Assembly (NCBI GenBank): GCA_964455875.1
Contig: CAYVYZ010000001.1
Coordinates: 51,895-107,036 of the forward strand
Direction of reading: 5' to 3'
DNA: 55,142 nucleotides
From: an uncultured Planctomycetia bacterium
GTDB taxonomy: Bacteria > Omnitrophota > Gorgyraeia > Duberdicusellales > 4484-171
The position numbers were made by a program, and so were the translations under genes. Positions 1-8,634 of the stretch are shown here, piece after piece; the first letter of the stretch is position 1, and each line of letters starts with the position of its first letter. Below the pieces are notes generated by a model that worked only from the letters and a program-made list of their open reading frames with translations, searched no databases and was not told the DNA's origin.

Positions 1-395
1 TTAGTATCAGGGTCGCCGACAATTAAGCCGCTTCCGTAATGAAGGTTCTGGCGGCCAACAATTAATGTAGCAACCGGCGAGAAGAACTCTTTCATTTCTA
101 AATAAGCTAAATCAAGGTCAATGTCAGTACTGCTACTTGTTTCTGTACACCATAACCTTTCATTAATGAGGCGGATTACTGCATTAACCCCTTCAGTTAA
201 AGCAGCGTCCACCCTTAGACGCACCTGGGTAGCAATAAAATCACTTGCGTCAGGGTTTCCGCCTGCGCCTAAAGAGAAATCACGGGTAACTGCAGTTGAA
301 GTAACATCTCCGCTTACTTTTACACTGTTTACTGCAGCAAATACCCCTAAGGGTAGTAGAAGCAAAATAGCTAAGATTGTGTTTAACCTCCTCAT
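1..395 (-). CDS. Signal-peptide-bearing secreted or outer-membrane-like protein, 5' part only; the ORF runs off the window at position 1
   Basis: Hand translation of the minus strand from the ATG at 393-395 gives MRRLNTILAILLLLPLGVFAAVNSVKVSGDVT...GRQNLHYGSGLIVGDPDT. I checked every in-frame triplet down to position 3 and found no stop. AGGAGG lies 5 nt upstream. The N-terminus has a basic, then hydrophobic, then AxA-like signal-peptide pattern. It is co-oriented with all other genes. The function is only a guess. Confidence 0.55.
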   Translation of the reverse strand, partial: MRRLNTILAILLLLPLGVFAAVNSVKVSGDVTSTAVTRDFSLGAGGNPDASDFIATQVRLRVDAALTEGVNAVIRLINERLWCTETSSSTDIDLDLAYLEMKEFFSPVATLIVGRQNLHYGSGLIVGDPDT

Positions 396-558
396 CTAAA
401 CCTCCTTTCTCTTCATCTTAATTTTATACTTAACAAGGTTTCGCCTTGGGATTACATTTATCTTCTTAAAATTTATCCTTTACAACTCTGGGCATTCTCT
501 TTTTCCTCACCTCCCTTCTTGCCTTTATTAGAGTTGCAAGCTCTCTTATATTTATATT

Positions 559-587
559 CTTTTATCAGATAATTCTTTGATTGTCAA
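559..587 (-). promoter_or_regulatory. Candidate sigma-70 promoter for the signal-peptide protein gene (TTGACA-N17-TAAAAG)
   Basis: On the minus strand there is a perfect TTGACA (582-587), then 16-17 nt, then an A/T-rich ATAAAA/TAAAAG hexamer (559-565). This would give a leader of about 160 nt before the ATG at 395. The -10 element is weak. Confidence 0.25.
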
Positions 588-626
588 GTATTTTTGTCCG
601 TTAACCTAAAAACAATCGACTATTTT

Positions 627-794
627 CTATTCGCTAAACGCTACATACTATTCGCTAATCGCTATACGCTATCTCTTTAAATGCGCCCGGGCCGAATCGA
701 ACGGCCACATCAGGCTTAGGAGGCCTGCGCTCTGTCCTTTTGAGCTACGGGCGCTAAATGGCGTATAGCTTATGGCTTATGGCGTATAGCATAA
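627..794. repeat. Two inverted arrays of degenerate 7-bp repeats (21-bp super-period) flanking tRNA-Arg
   Basis: Left flank, plus strand: CGCTA-NN heptads start at 632, 639, 653, 660 and 667, with a degenerate unit at 646. These form 21-bp units at 627-647 and 648-668 that match at 17/21 positions. Right flank: heptads GGCGTAT, AGCTTAT, GGCTTAT, GGCGTAT and AGCATAA at 760-794. The cores GCTATACGC (661-669) and GCGTATAGC (761-769 and 782-790) are exact reverse complements. Confidence 0.7.
682..754 (-). tRNA. tRNA-Arg (anticodon CCT)
   Basis: The reverse complement GCGCCCGTAGCTCAAAAGGACAGAGCGCAGGCCTCCTAAGCCTGATGTGGCCGTTCGATTCGGCCCGGGCGCA folds as a cloverleaf. It has a 7-bp acceptor stem GCGCCCG/CGGGCGC, a D stem GCTC/GAGC, an anticodon stem CAGGC/GCCTG with loop CTCCTAA, and a T arm GGCCG-TTCGATT-CGGCC. 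CCA is not encoded. Confidence 0.92.
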
Positions 795-867
795 ATGAAA
801 GTTGAGAAACAGCATAAAGAATGGCAAAAGACAAAAAAAGAATTATTTAAGTCTAATGAATAAGAAA

Positions 868-1380
868 TTAAAATTCTATCAGGGAATAAACTGGATACTT
901 CTTTAATCTCTTTCTTCCTTTTAACTCTTTAAGCTCGATTAAAAAAGCAATACCAATAATTTTTGCCTTGAGTTTCTTCACTAGATTAACAATAGCCAAT
1001 GCAGTTCCTCCTGTGGCAAGTAAATCATCAAGAATCAAAACCCTACTGTTTTTAGGGAAAGCGTCTCGGTGAATCTCTAAAGAATCTTTTCCATACTCTA
1101 AACTATAAGTATAGCGGTAGGTTTTATAGGGTAGCTTTCCTGGTTTTCTTACGGGGACAAACCCGCATTTTAACTTATAAGCTAAAGCTGCTGCAAAAAT
1201 AAACCCCCTTGCCTCAGCAGCAACAATGTAATCTATTTTTTTGTTCTTAAAAAGAGCCGCTAAGTCGTCTATGGATTTAGCAAAAGCACGGGGATTATTA
1301 AGAAGGGTGGTAATATCCCTAAAAAGAATGCCTTTCTTAGGAAAATCAGGAATGTTTCTTATCGTGTTTGATAAATCCAT
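868..1380 (-). CDS. apt: Adenine phosphoribosyltransferase
   Basis: 170 aa. The N-terminus IPDFPKKGILFRDITTLL and the PRPP-binding loop VLILDDLLATGGTA are typical of Apt. Confidence 0.95.
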   Translation of the reverse strand: MDLSNTIRNIPDFPKKGILFRDITTLLNNPRAFAKSIDDLAALFKNKKIDYIVAAEARGFIFAAALAYKLKCGFVPVRKPGKLPYKTYRYTYSLEYGKDSLEIHRDAFPKNSRVLILDDLLATGGTALAIVNLVKKLKAKIIGIAFLIELKELKGRKRLKKYPVYSLIEF

Positions 1381-1394
1381 TGGTCCTCCTTTAG

Positions 1395-2216
1395 TTAAAT
1401 TTCTAACTCTTCTTTCTGTTGCTGTCTTGCGTATTTTCGCAATTTGTTTAATGCGCTGTCTTCTATTTGCCTTACTCTCTCTCGTGATATTTTAAGCTCT
1501 TTGGATACTTCCGCTAAAGTATGAGGCTTTCCGTCACTTATACCAAAACGCAAATCAAGAATTTTTCTCTCTCTTTCATTAACAAAGTCCAAAAGTTCTA
1601 ATACCCGCTCGTGCCTAAAGAAATGCTCTATCTCCTGTTCGGTATCCGTATAACCTGTGGTTCTTATAAAATCAGACAATCGAGAATCACCATCTGTGCC
1701 AACTGGGGCTTCCAAAGAAGCTTTTTTTTCTATCCACATTTCAATATCGGCAACCTTGCTTGCAGGAAATTTCATCTTCTTTGCAATCTCTGCACGCGTG
1801 GGCTCTCTCTTCAACTTCTGCATAAGCCGGTTTTTGGTTTTTATATACTTAGAAATAAATTCGCTCATATAGACAGGGATACGAATGGTTTTGCCCTGGT
1901 CAATCAAAGCACGGGTAATTGCCTGCCTAATCCACCATGCAGCGTATGTAGAGAAACGGTATCCTTTTTTGGGGTTAAACTTATCAATAGCACGCATAAG
2001 GCCAATGTTGCCTTCTGCAATTAAATCCATAAGAGGAAGATTAAAGTGGGCGTAATGCTTGGCAATGTTAACCACAAGTTTTAAATTAGCATTTATTATC
2101 TTCCAGCGGGCCTTAATATCTCCTTTGCGGCATTTTCTAATAAGTTCTAATTCTTCCTTCTTAGAAAGAAGTGGTATGTCCTTAATCCTTTCTAAGTAAG
2201 CCCTTATTGCTTCCAT
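1395..2216 (-). CDS. RNA polymerase sigma-70 family factor (short, RpoD/RpoS-like, no region 1.1)
   Basis: 273 aa. Region 2 reads [40 protein letters not shown]. Regions 3 and 4 include [24 protein letters not shown]. Confidence 0.9.
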   Translation of the reverse strand: MEAIRAYLERIKDIPLLSKKEELELIRKCRKGDIKARWKIINANLKLVVNIAKHYAHFNLPLMDLIAEGNIGLMRAIDKFNPKKGYRFSTYAAWWIRQAITRALIDQGKTIRIPVYMSEFISKYIKTKNRLMQKLKREPTRAEIAKKMKFPASKVADIEMWIEKKASLEAPVGTDGDSRLSDFIRTTGYTDTEQEIEHFFRHERVLELLDFVNERERKILDLRFGISDGKPHTLAEVSKELKISRERVRQIEDSALNKLRKYARQQQKEELEI

Positions 2217-2219
2217 CTG

Positions 2220-5030
2220 TTATTTTTTCTTTTTGGGCTTTCTTTTTCTCTTCTCCTCTATGACTGCCTGCGCTGCAGAAAGCCTTGCAATAGGGACACG
2301 GAAAGGAGAACAACTTACGTAGGTAAGCCCTACTTTGTGGCAGAACTTAACAGACTCAGGATCCCCTCCGTGTTCTCCACATATCCCCAATTTTATATCC
2401 CGCCTGGCCTTCTTACCCAAAGCCACTGCCATTTCAACCATTTTCCCTACACCCAGGGTATCTAAGCTTTGAAAAGGGTCTTCCTTGTATATCCCCAGCT
2501 TAACATAATCCCCTAAAAACTTACCAGCATCATCACGGGAGAATCCACATCCCATTTGAGTTAAGTCGTTGGTACCAAAAGAAAAGAATTCAGCAACCTT
2601 AGCTATCTCATCGGCAGTAACTGCAGCACGAGGCACCTCAATCATTGTACCAACCTTAACATCAAAGGGCAACTTTTTAAGTTTTCTCTCTTTCTTAACC
2701 TCCTCGATGGTTTGTATAATTACTTCCTTTTGCAACTTAAGCTCCATAACATTACCTACCAAAGGCACCATTATCTCTGGCTTAACCTTAATCTTTTTCT
2801 TATAAACATTTAAAGCAGCCTCAATAATCGCCCGCGTTTGCATCTGGGTTATCTCAGGGTAAGTAATGCCGAGCCTGCAGCCCCGATGACCCAACATAGG
2901 GTTAAGCTCTTTTAAACTCTCGACTGTATCTTTTACCTTTTCTAAACTTACCCCCATTGCATTAGCCAATGCTTCCTGTCCACTTCTATCATGCGGCAAA
3001 AACTCATGCAAAGGAGGGTCAAGCAACCGTATAGTGCAGGGCCTTCCCTTTAATTCTTTAAATATACCTTCAAAATCTCCTCTCTGAAGAGGCAAAAGTT
3101 CTTTTAATGCATTCAGATACTGCTCTAAAGGCTCTCTCAACTTTTCCTTAAGCTCTTCTATCTTTTTAGCATCTTTTTCCTGTTCTATAGCTTCCCTTAA
3201 AGCCCTCACCTCTGGGGCGGCAAGAATCATTTTTCTGAAAGAGGTAATCCGCTCCCCCTCAAAAAACATATGTTCAGTGCGGCATAGCCCAATACCCTCT
3301 GCACCAAACTCAACCGCCACTTTTGTATCATGAGGAGTATCGGCATTGGTACGCACTCCAAGTTTTCTTATGCTATCTGCCCACTTCATAAGAGTGCCAA
3401 AAGGTCCGCTCACACGGGGAGAAATGAGCTTAATCTTACCAACATAAACTATCCCTTTGCTCCCGTTAAGAGAAATCCAGTCTCCTTCTCTTATGGTTAA
3501 ATCTTTAGCGCGCATCTCTTTGTTTTTCTCATCCATAATAATATCGCCACATCCGGCAACACAACACTTACCCATTCCTCTTGCTACAACCGCAGCATGA
3601 GAAGTCATCCCTCCCCTTGCAGTAAGAATACCCTTTGCTGCATTCATTCCTCTAATATCTTCAGGAGAAGTCTCTAATCTGCAGAGAATAACGTCTTTTC
3701 CTTCCTTTGCCCACTCTTCAGCATCCTTAGCAGTAAATACTGCCTGGCCCATAGCTGCTCCTGGCGAGGCAGGTAGACCGCTTTTAGAAAACACTTTTGC
3801 TTTCTTTTCCTCTGCCTCATCAAAAGTAGGGTGTAAAAGCTGGTCAATTTGAGTAGGCTTAATTCTTGTGAGTGCTTCTTCTTTGCTAATTAAACCTTCT
3901 TTAACCATATCCACGGCAATCTTAATTGCTGCCTGGGCAGTTCTCTTTCCTACGCGTGTTTGAAGCATATAAAGCTTGCCTTTTTCTATCGTAAATTCAA
4001 AGTCCTGCATATCTTTGTAATGCTTTTCTAACTTCTTTCTTATTGCTTGAAGCTCCTCGTAAACTTTTTTGTTTTTCTTCTTTAAACCATCTATAGGCAA
4101 AGGGGTTCGTATTCCTGCTACAACATCTTCGCCTTGAGCATTCATAAGAAACTCTCCATAGAGATGATTATCGCCGGTTGAAGGATTACGTGTAAATCCT
4201 ACCCCTGTTCCTGAATCATCGCCCATATTACCGAAAACCATCATCTGAACATTCACCGCTGTTCCCAATAATCCTTTAATGTTATTAATCTCGCGGTAAG
4301 CGATGGCACGTTCATTATTCCAAGAGCCAAAAACCGCATCTATAGCAATCATAAGTTGCTTTTTGGGGTCAGAAGGAAAATCCTGATTAGTATATTTCTT
4401 ATAAATATCCTTGTAACGCGTAACCAGAGACTTTAAATCTTCAACATCTAAGGCTGTATCAGGAACCTCGCGATTAAGGGCTTCCTGCATCAAAGAATCA
4501 GCATCTTTTAGCCCTCTTTTTTTGGCAATTGACCTTTTTATTTCTTCCAATTCATGCTCAAAAGCATGATGAGGTACTCCCATTGCTACGTCTCCAAACA
4601 TCTGGATAAACCTACGATAAGAATCCCAAGCAAAACGTGGATTATTAGTAAGGCGTGCCAACCCTTCAACTGCCTCATCATTAAGACCTAAGTTTAAGAT
4701 TGTATCCATCATACCAGGCATAGAGACTGCTGCCCCACTTCTTACAGAAACTAAAAGAGGGTTATTCTTATCGCCAAACTTCTTATTGGCAGCCTTCTCT
4801 AGCTTCTTAAGGTTACTTTCTATCTGCTCTTTTAGTCCTGAAGGGTACTTTTTATTATTATCGTAATATATTTTGCACACTTCTGTAGTAATGGTAAAAC
4901 CAGGGGGAACTGGAATGCCAATACTGCTCATCTCTGCCAGATTGGCTCCTTTACCACCCAAAAGGTTTTTCATTCCTGCATTACCTTCTGCTCTACCAGA
5001 ACCGAAGAAGTATACAAACTTCTTTGCCAT
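2220..5030 (-). CDS. ppdK: Pyruvate, phosphate dikinase
   Basis: 936 aa. It has the N-terminal ATP-grasp motif GGKGANLAEM, the phospho-histidine motif GGMTSHAAVVARGMGK, and a C-terminal PEP/pyruvate domain (GICGEHGGDP). Confidence 0.95.
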   Translation of the reverse strand: MAKKFVYFFGSGRAEGNAGMKNLLGGKGANLAEMSSIGIPVPPGFTITTEVCKIYYDNNKKYPSGLKEQIESNLKKLEKAANKKFGDKNNPLLVSVRSGAAVSMPGMMDTILNLGLNDEAVEGLARLTNNPRFAWDSYRRFIQMFGDVAMGVPHHAFEHELEEIKRSIAKKRGLKDADSLMQEALNREVPDTALDVEDLKSLVTRYKDIYKKYTNQDFPSDPKKQLMIAIDAVFGSWNNERAIAYREINNIKGLLGTAVNVQMMVFGNMGDDSGTGVGFTRNPSTGDNHLYGEFLMNAQGEDVVAGIRTPLPIDGLKKKNKKVYEELQAIRKKLEKHYKDMQDFEFTIEKGKLYMLQTRVGKRTAQAAIKIAVDMVKEGLISKEEALTRIKPTQIDQLLHPTFDEAEEKKAKVFSKSGLPASPGAAMGQAVFTAKDAEEWAKEGKDVILCRLETSPEDIRGMNAAKGILTARGGMTSHAAVVARGMGKCCVAGCGDIIMDEKNKEMRAKDLTIREGDWISLNGSKGIVYVGKIKLISPRVSGPFGTLMKWADSIRKLGVRTNADTPHDTKVAVEFGAEGIGLCRTEHMFFEGERITSFRKMILAAPEVRALREAIEQEKDAKKIEELKEKLREPLEQYLNALKELLPLQRGDFEGIFKELKGRPCTIRLLDPPLHEFLPHDRSGQEALANAMGVSLEKVKDTVESLKELNPMLGHRGCRLGITYPEITQMQTRAIIEAALNVYKKKIKVKPEIMVPLVGNVMELKLQKEVIIQTIEEVKKERKLKKLPFDVKVGTMIEVPRAAVTADEIAKVAEFFSFGTNDLTQMGCGFSRDDAGKFLGDYVKLGIYKEDPFQSLDTLGVGKMVEMAVALGKKARRDIKLGICGEHGGDPESVKFCHKVGLTYVSCSPFRVPIARLSAAQAVIEEKRKRKPKKKK

Positions 5031-5066
5031 ATCTACCTCCTTCTTTAAGCAAACTCGCAGTAATTA

Positions 5067-6401
5067 TTAACTCTTTAATTTTTCCACTAATACCTCTAAA
5101 ATCCTGCTTGCATCTATCCTTTCCTGTTCCATTGTATCACGACTGCGCAGAGTAACTTTCTTGTCGGTTAAACTGTCTACGTCAACTGTAACACAAAAAG
5201 GAGTGCCAATCTCATCCTGGCGACGATAAAGTTTTCCAATAGCTGCTGTATCATCATAAAAAGCGGGTATTTTATCTTTTATATCATAAAAAATCTTTTT
5301 TGCAAGTTCAACAATCTCACTATTTTTCTTAAGTAAAGGGAAAACAGCCACTGTATAAGGAGCAAGCTCGGGCTTCAGCCTAAGAACAACCCTCTTTCTT
5401 CCCTTTACATCCTCTTCATGGTAAGCATCACAGATAACGGCAAAAAACGTTCTATCCACTCCGCTTGACGGCTCAATTACATAAGGGAAAAACCGCGTCT
5501 TTGTCTCTTCGTCAAAATAGGTTAAGTCTTTCTTACTAACTTGAGAATGACGACGTAAATCATAATCAGTTCTATTGGCAATACCTTCAAGTTCACTCCA
5601 GCCAAAAGGAAAATTGTATTCAATATCAGTACAGGCGCGCGCATAATGAGCAAGCTCATCTTTAGAATGGGCCCGCTTTCTTAAATTACTTCTTTTTATT
5701 CCCATAATATTTGTATAAAACTCATAGCGTTCCTCTACCCAGTATTCATAAAACTCATCAGCCTCACTGGGCTTTACAAAATACTCAATCTCCATCTGGT
5801 CAAACTCTTTCATTCTAAAAATAAAGCTTCCTGTAGTAACCTCATTCCTAAATGCTTTTCCAATCTGAGCAATCCCAAAGGGAAGTTTCTTATGGGTTAC
5901 ATTTAGTACATTGAGGAAGTTGGTAAAGATACCCTGGGCAGTCTCAGGGCGCAAGTAAGCATCACAAGGAGAATCTTCTGTAGCACTCACATTGGTTTTA
6001 AGCATAAGGTTAAATTTCTTAGGCTTATTCTTTAGAGCATCTATGGTCGTAGCACATTCAGGGCATATATACTCATTATTAGAAACTTTCTCTATCTTAT
6101 CTATGCGGAATCTCTTTTTGCATTTAGGGCACTCTATGAGGTAATCGTTGAACCCCTCTAAATGGCCGGAAGCAACAAAAACAAGACTGTGCATTATAAT
6201 GGCACTGTCTAACCCTACAATATCGTCGCGAGTTAAAACATACCTATGCCACCATATATCTTTTATTTTCTTTTTTATCCGTGCACCCAAAGGGCCGTAA
6301 TCCCAGAAGCTAGAAAGTCCTCCATAGAGTTCAGACCCCCCAAAGATAAACCCCCTTCTACGGCATAAAGAAACTATTTGAGACAATTTATCTTTTTCCA
6401 T
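5067..6401 (-). CDS. glyQS: Glycine--tRNA ligase (alpha2 dimeric type)
   Basis: 444 aa. It starts CRRRGFIFGGSELYGGLSSFWDYGPLG and carries class II motifs (LRPETAQG, FRNE). A CxxC...CxxC insertion reads CPKCKKRFRIDK...CPEC. Confidence 0.93.
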   Translation of the reverse strand: MEKDKLSQIVSLCRRRGFIFGGSELYGGLSSFWDYGPLGARIKKKIKDIWWHRYVLTRDDIVGLDSAIIMHSLVFVASGHLEGFNDYLIECPKCKKRFRIDKIEKVSNNEYICPECATTIDALKNKPKKFNLMLKTNVSATEDSPCDAYLRPETAQGIFTNFLNVLNVTHKKLPFGIAQIGKAFRNEVTTGSFIFRMKEFDQMEIEYFVKPSEADEFYEYWVEERYEFYTNIMGIKRSNLRKRAHSKDELAHYARACTDIEYNFPFGWSELEGIANRTDYDLRRHSQVSKKDLTYFDEETKTRFFPYVIEPSSGVDRTFFAVICDAYHEEDVKGRKRVVLRLKPELAPYTVAVFPLLKKNSEIVELAKKIFYDIKDKIPAFYDDTAAIGKLYRRQDEIGTPFCVTVDVDSLTDKKVTLRSRDTMEQERIDASRILEVLVEKLKS

Positions 6402-6418
6402 ACAGAAAAGAAGAAAAT

Positions 6419-6446
6419 ATTATACTCCAAAATAGGTAAAAAGCAA
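6419..6446 (-). promoter_or_regulatory. Candidate sigma-70 promoter upstream of glyQS (TTGCTT-N16-TATAAT)
   Basis: On the minus strand: TTGCTT (6441-6446), a 16-nt spacer, then a perfect TATAAT (6419-6424). The -10 element ends only 17 nt before the glyQS ATG at 6401. No Shine-Dalgarno sequence lies in between. Confidence 0.3.
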
Positions 6447-6481
6447 TGTATTTTTGGGATGTCTCGCCGACAAATAACATA

Positions 6482-7723
6482 TTAGTAGGGTTTTAAAAAC
6501 TTGCTTACAATCTCAGAAAGGGTAGGATGAATAAGAGTGAGCTTTTTAAGCTGACTGAGTTTAAGTGAATTTTTTATAGCAAGAGAAAAAAGACTTATAA
6601 GTTCTGCTGCTTTGCGAGAAACAATACCTGCTCCCAGAATATTTTCTTTGTCATCAAAAAGCACCTCAATAAACCCGTCGGTATCAGAATAAACATAAGA
6701 AGAAGAAAACCTAAGAAAATTGGATTTAATTGTGTGGTATTTTATATTCTTTTTCTTTGCCTCCTCCTCAAGAAGCCCCACACAGGCAAGCTGAGGCTGG
6801 GTAAATACACATTCTGCCAGCCCAAAGAAATCAAGTTTAACTTTACTACCCCCTATATTCTCCAAAGCAACCCGCGCCTCTTCTTCTGCCGCATAGGCTA
6901 AGAGTCTGTCTCCCGTGATATCCCCTACAGCATAAACATTCTCGATATTTGTCCTTAAGTATTCGTTAACACACACCCAACCTTTATTGTCAACCAGACC
7001 TAATCCCTTAATATCTAACCCATAGGTATTGGGTCTTCTTCCTGCTGCTAACAGTACCATATCAAACTCATCCAGATTATAGTTATTAATATCATCTTTG
7101 AGTTTTATCTTAATTCCTCTCCTTTCAAGAATGCTCTTTAACCGCGAGCTTAAGAATTTATCAAAACCGGGGATAATCCTGTCTTCTTTCTCAATAACCA
7201 GAGTATCCTTCTTTAAGTTGTTCAGTATACAGGCAATCTCAAGCCCTACCGCTCCTGCCCCCACAATAAGAAACTTTTGAGGAAGGGAAGAAAAAGAAAA
7301 GATATCTTCGGCAAAAAACACTTTTTTTCTATCTACAGGTATCAATTCATAAGGCAAAGACCCCACAGCAATAACAATATTTTCTGCTTCGATAACTTTG
7401 TCATTTGCTTTTATCCTATTCCTATCAATCAGCTGAACATCTGCCCACAATACATCAACGCCTTTCTTCTTAAGGTAATCTAAAGTTGGATTTTTGATAG
7501 ACTCTACTATCTTATTCTTTTTTTTGTATATAGCTTCTAAATTGTGCAAGTTTAACGAAGAATTTAAGTAATACTTGGCAGGAATACAACCGCGGTTAAG
7601 ACAGACACCGCCAAAACTATCATAATCTTTATCAATTAGGATGGTCTTAAAATTATAGTAAAGAGAGGCTTTTGCTGCTTCAATACCTGCTGCTCCTGCA
7701 CCAATAATTGCTACCTTATACAT
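6482..7723 (-). CDS. Dihydrolipoyl dehydrogenase-family FAD/NAD(P) disulfide oxidoreductase (short, 413 aa)
   Basis: It has the FAD fold IIGAGAAGIEAA, the redox disulfide GGVCLNRGCIPAK, the NAD fold LIVGAGAVGLEIA, and a C-terminal HPTLSE motif. Confidence 0.8.
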   Translation of the reverse strand: MYKVAIIGAGAAGIEAAKASLYYNFKTILIDKDYDSFGGVCLNRGCIPAKYYLNSSLNLHNLEAIYKKKNKIVESIKNPTLDYLKKKGVDVLWADVQLIDRNRIKANDKVIEAENIVIAVGSLPYELIPVDRKKVFFAEDIFSFSSLPQKFLIVGAGAVGLEIACILNNLKKDTLVIEKEDRIIPGFDKFLSSRLKSILERRGIKIKLKDDINNYNLDEFDMVLLAAGRRPNTYGLDIKGLGLVDNKGWVCVNEYLRTNIENVYAVGDITGDRLLAYAAEEEARVALENIGGSKVKLDFFGLAECVFTQPQLACVGLLEEEAKKKNIKYHTIKSNFLRFSSSYVYSDTDGFIEVLFDDKENILGAGIVSRKAAELISLFSLAIKNSLKLSQLKKLTLIHPTLSEIVSKFLKPY

Positions 7724-8628
7724 TCCAAAAACTTATTTTTCATCTTCTTAAGAAGTTCTCTCTCCTTTGCACTCAAGCGAAGCTTAACTATTCTGTCTAT
7801 CCCCTTGCGATTAATAACACAGGGAACCCCTAAACACACCTCCCCTAACCCGTATTCTCCTTGAAGCAATACTGATACGGGAATAATTTCATTTTTATCT
7901 TTAACAATAGCCTCTATCAACTTATAACAGCTTAAAGACGGAGCAAAAAAAGCACTTCTGTTTTTAAGAAAGCCCACTATTTCTTTGCCACGTTCTTTAA
8001 CCCTCTGGGTTATTTTTTCTATCTTGCCCTGACTTAAAAAGACATCAAGAGAACTACCTTTAATAGTTGAACTAGAGGTAACTGGCAACATATCTTTACT
8101 GTGAAGACCACAAACCAACGCATCAATGCTATAAGGAGATATTTTTGTCTCGCTATAAATTAGGTTAAGAAAGCGCGAAGAATCCAAAGAGGACCCCATC
8201 CCCATAATACGAAAACGCCCGAACGTGCTATGCTTATTAACTATGTAAGTTATTGCGTCTAAAGGGTTTGTAACAACAATTATCAAAGACGTAGGCGCTA
8301 AACGTTTTATCTTCCGTGTAACTTCGATAACAATTTTACTATTTGTCTTAAATAAATCGTAACGCGTCATTCCTTCCTTGCGAGGAATGCCACAGGTGAT
8401 AACCACTATGTCTGAGTTTTCAATATGATTTATATTAGAGGTGCCTAAAATATGCGTATTAAACTTAAGAAACCCTCTTGTATCTTCTAAATCCAAAGCT
8501 ACCCCTTTTGCCAAAGAACCAGAAATATCCACCAAGACTAAATTTTTTATATCCAAGTGCGATAAGATATGAAAAGCAAGCATACTCCCCACAGAGCCGC
8601 TGCCAATTATGGAAATTTTTTTAACCAT
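7711..8628 (-). CDS. mdh: Malate dehydrogenase (LDH-like family)
   Basis: 305 aa. It has the Rossmann motif ISIIGSGSVGS. The substrate loop GIPRKEGMTRYDL carries Arg where lactate dehydrogenases have Gln, which favours MDH. Confidence 0.85.
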   Translation of the reverse strand: MVKKISIIGSGSVGSMLAFHILSHLDIKNLVLVDISGSLAKGVALDLEDTRGFLKFNTHILGTSNINHIENSDIVVITCGIPRKEGMTRYDLFKTNSKIVIEVTRKIKRLAPTSLIIVVTNPLDAITYIVNKHSTFGRFRIMGMGSSLDSSRFLNLIYSETKISPYSIDALVCGLHSKDMLPVTSSSTIKGSSLDVFLSQGKIEKITQRVKERGKEIVGFLKNRSAFFAPSLSCYKLIEAIVKDKNEIIPVSVLLQGEYGLGEVCLGVPCVINRKGIDRIVKLRLSAKERELLKKMKNKFLECIR

Positions 8629-8634
8629 AATACA

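Noticed and set aside
121-399. Plus-strand ORF of 92 aa in the ORF track
   Set aside because: It lies antisense to a minus-strand ORF that has a strong AGGAGG site, a textbook signal peptide and the orientation of every other gene. The plus-strand product has no recognisable features and no SD.
2220-5030. PpdK is about 50-60 aa longer than the enzymes I remember, owing to an extra charged helix near ...EQEKDAKKIEELKEKLREP... and a Lys-rich tail
   Set aside because: These are small lineage-specific loop and tail variations in an otherwise complete enzyme. There is no extra domain or fusion.
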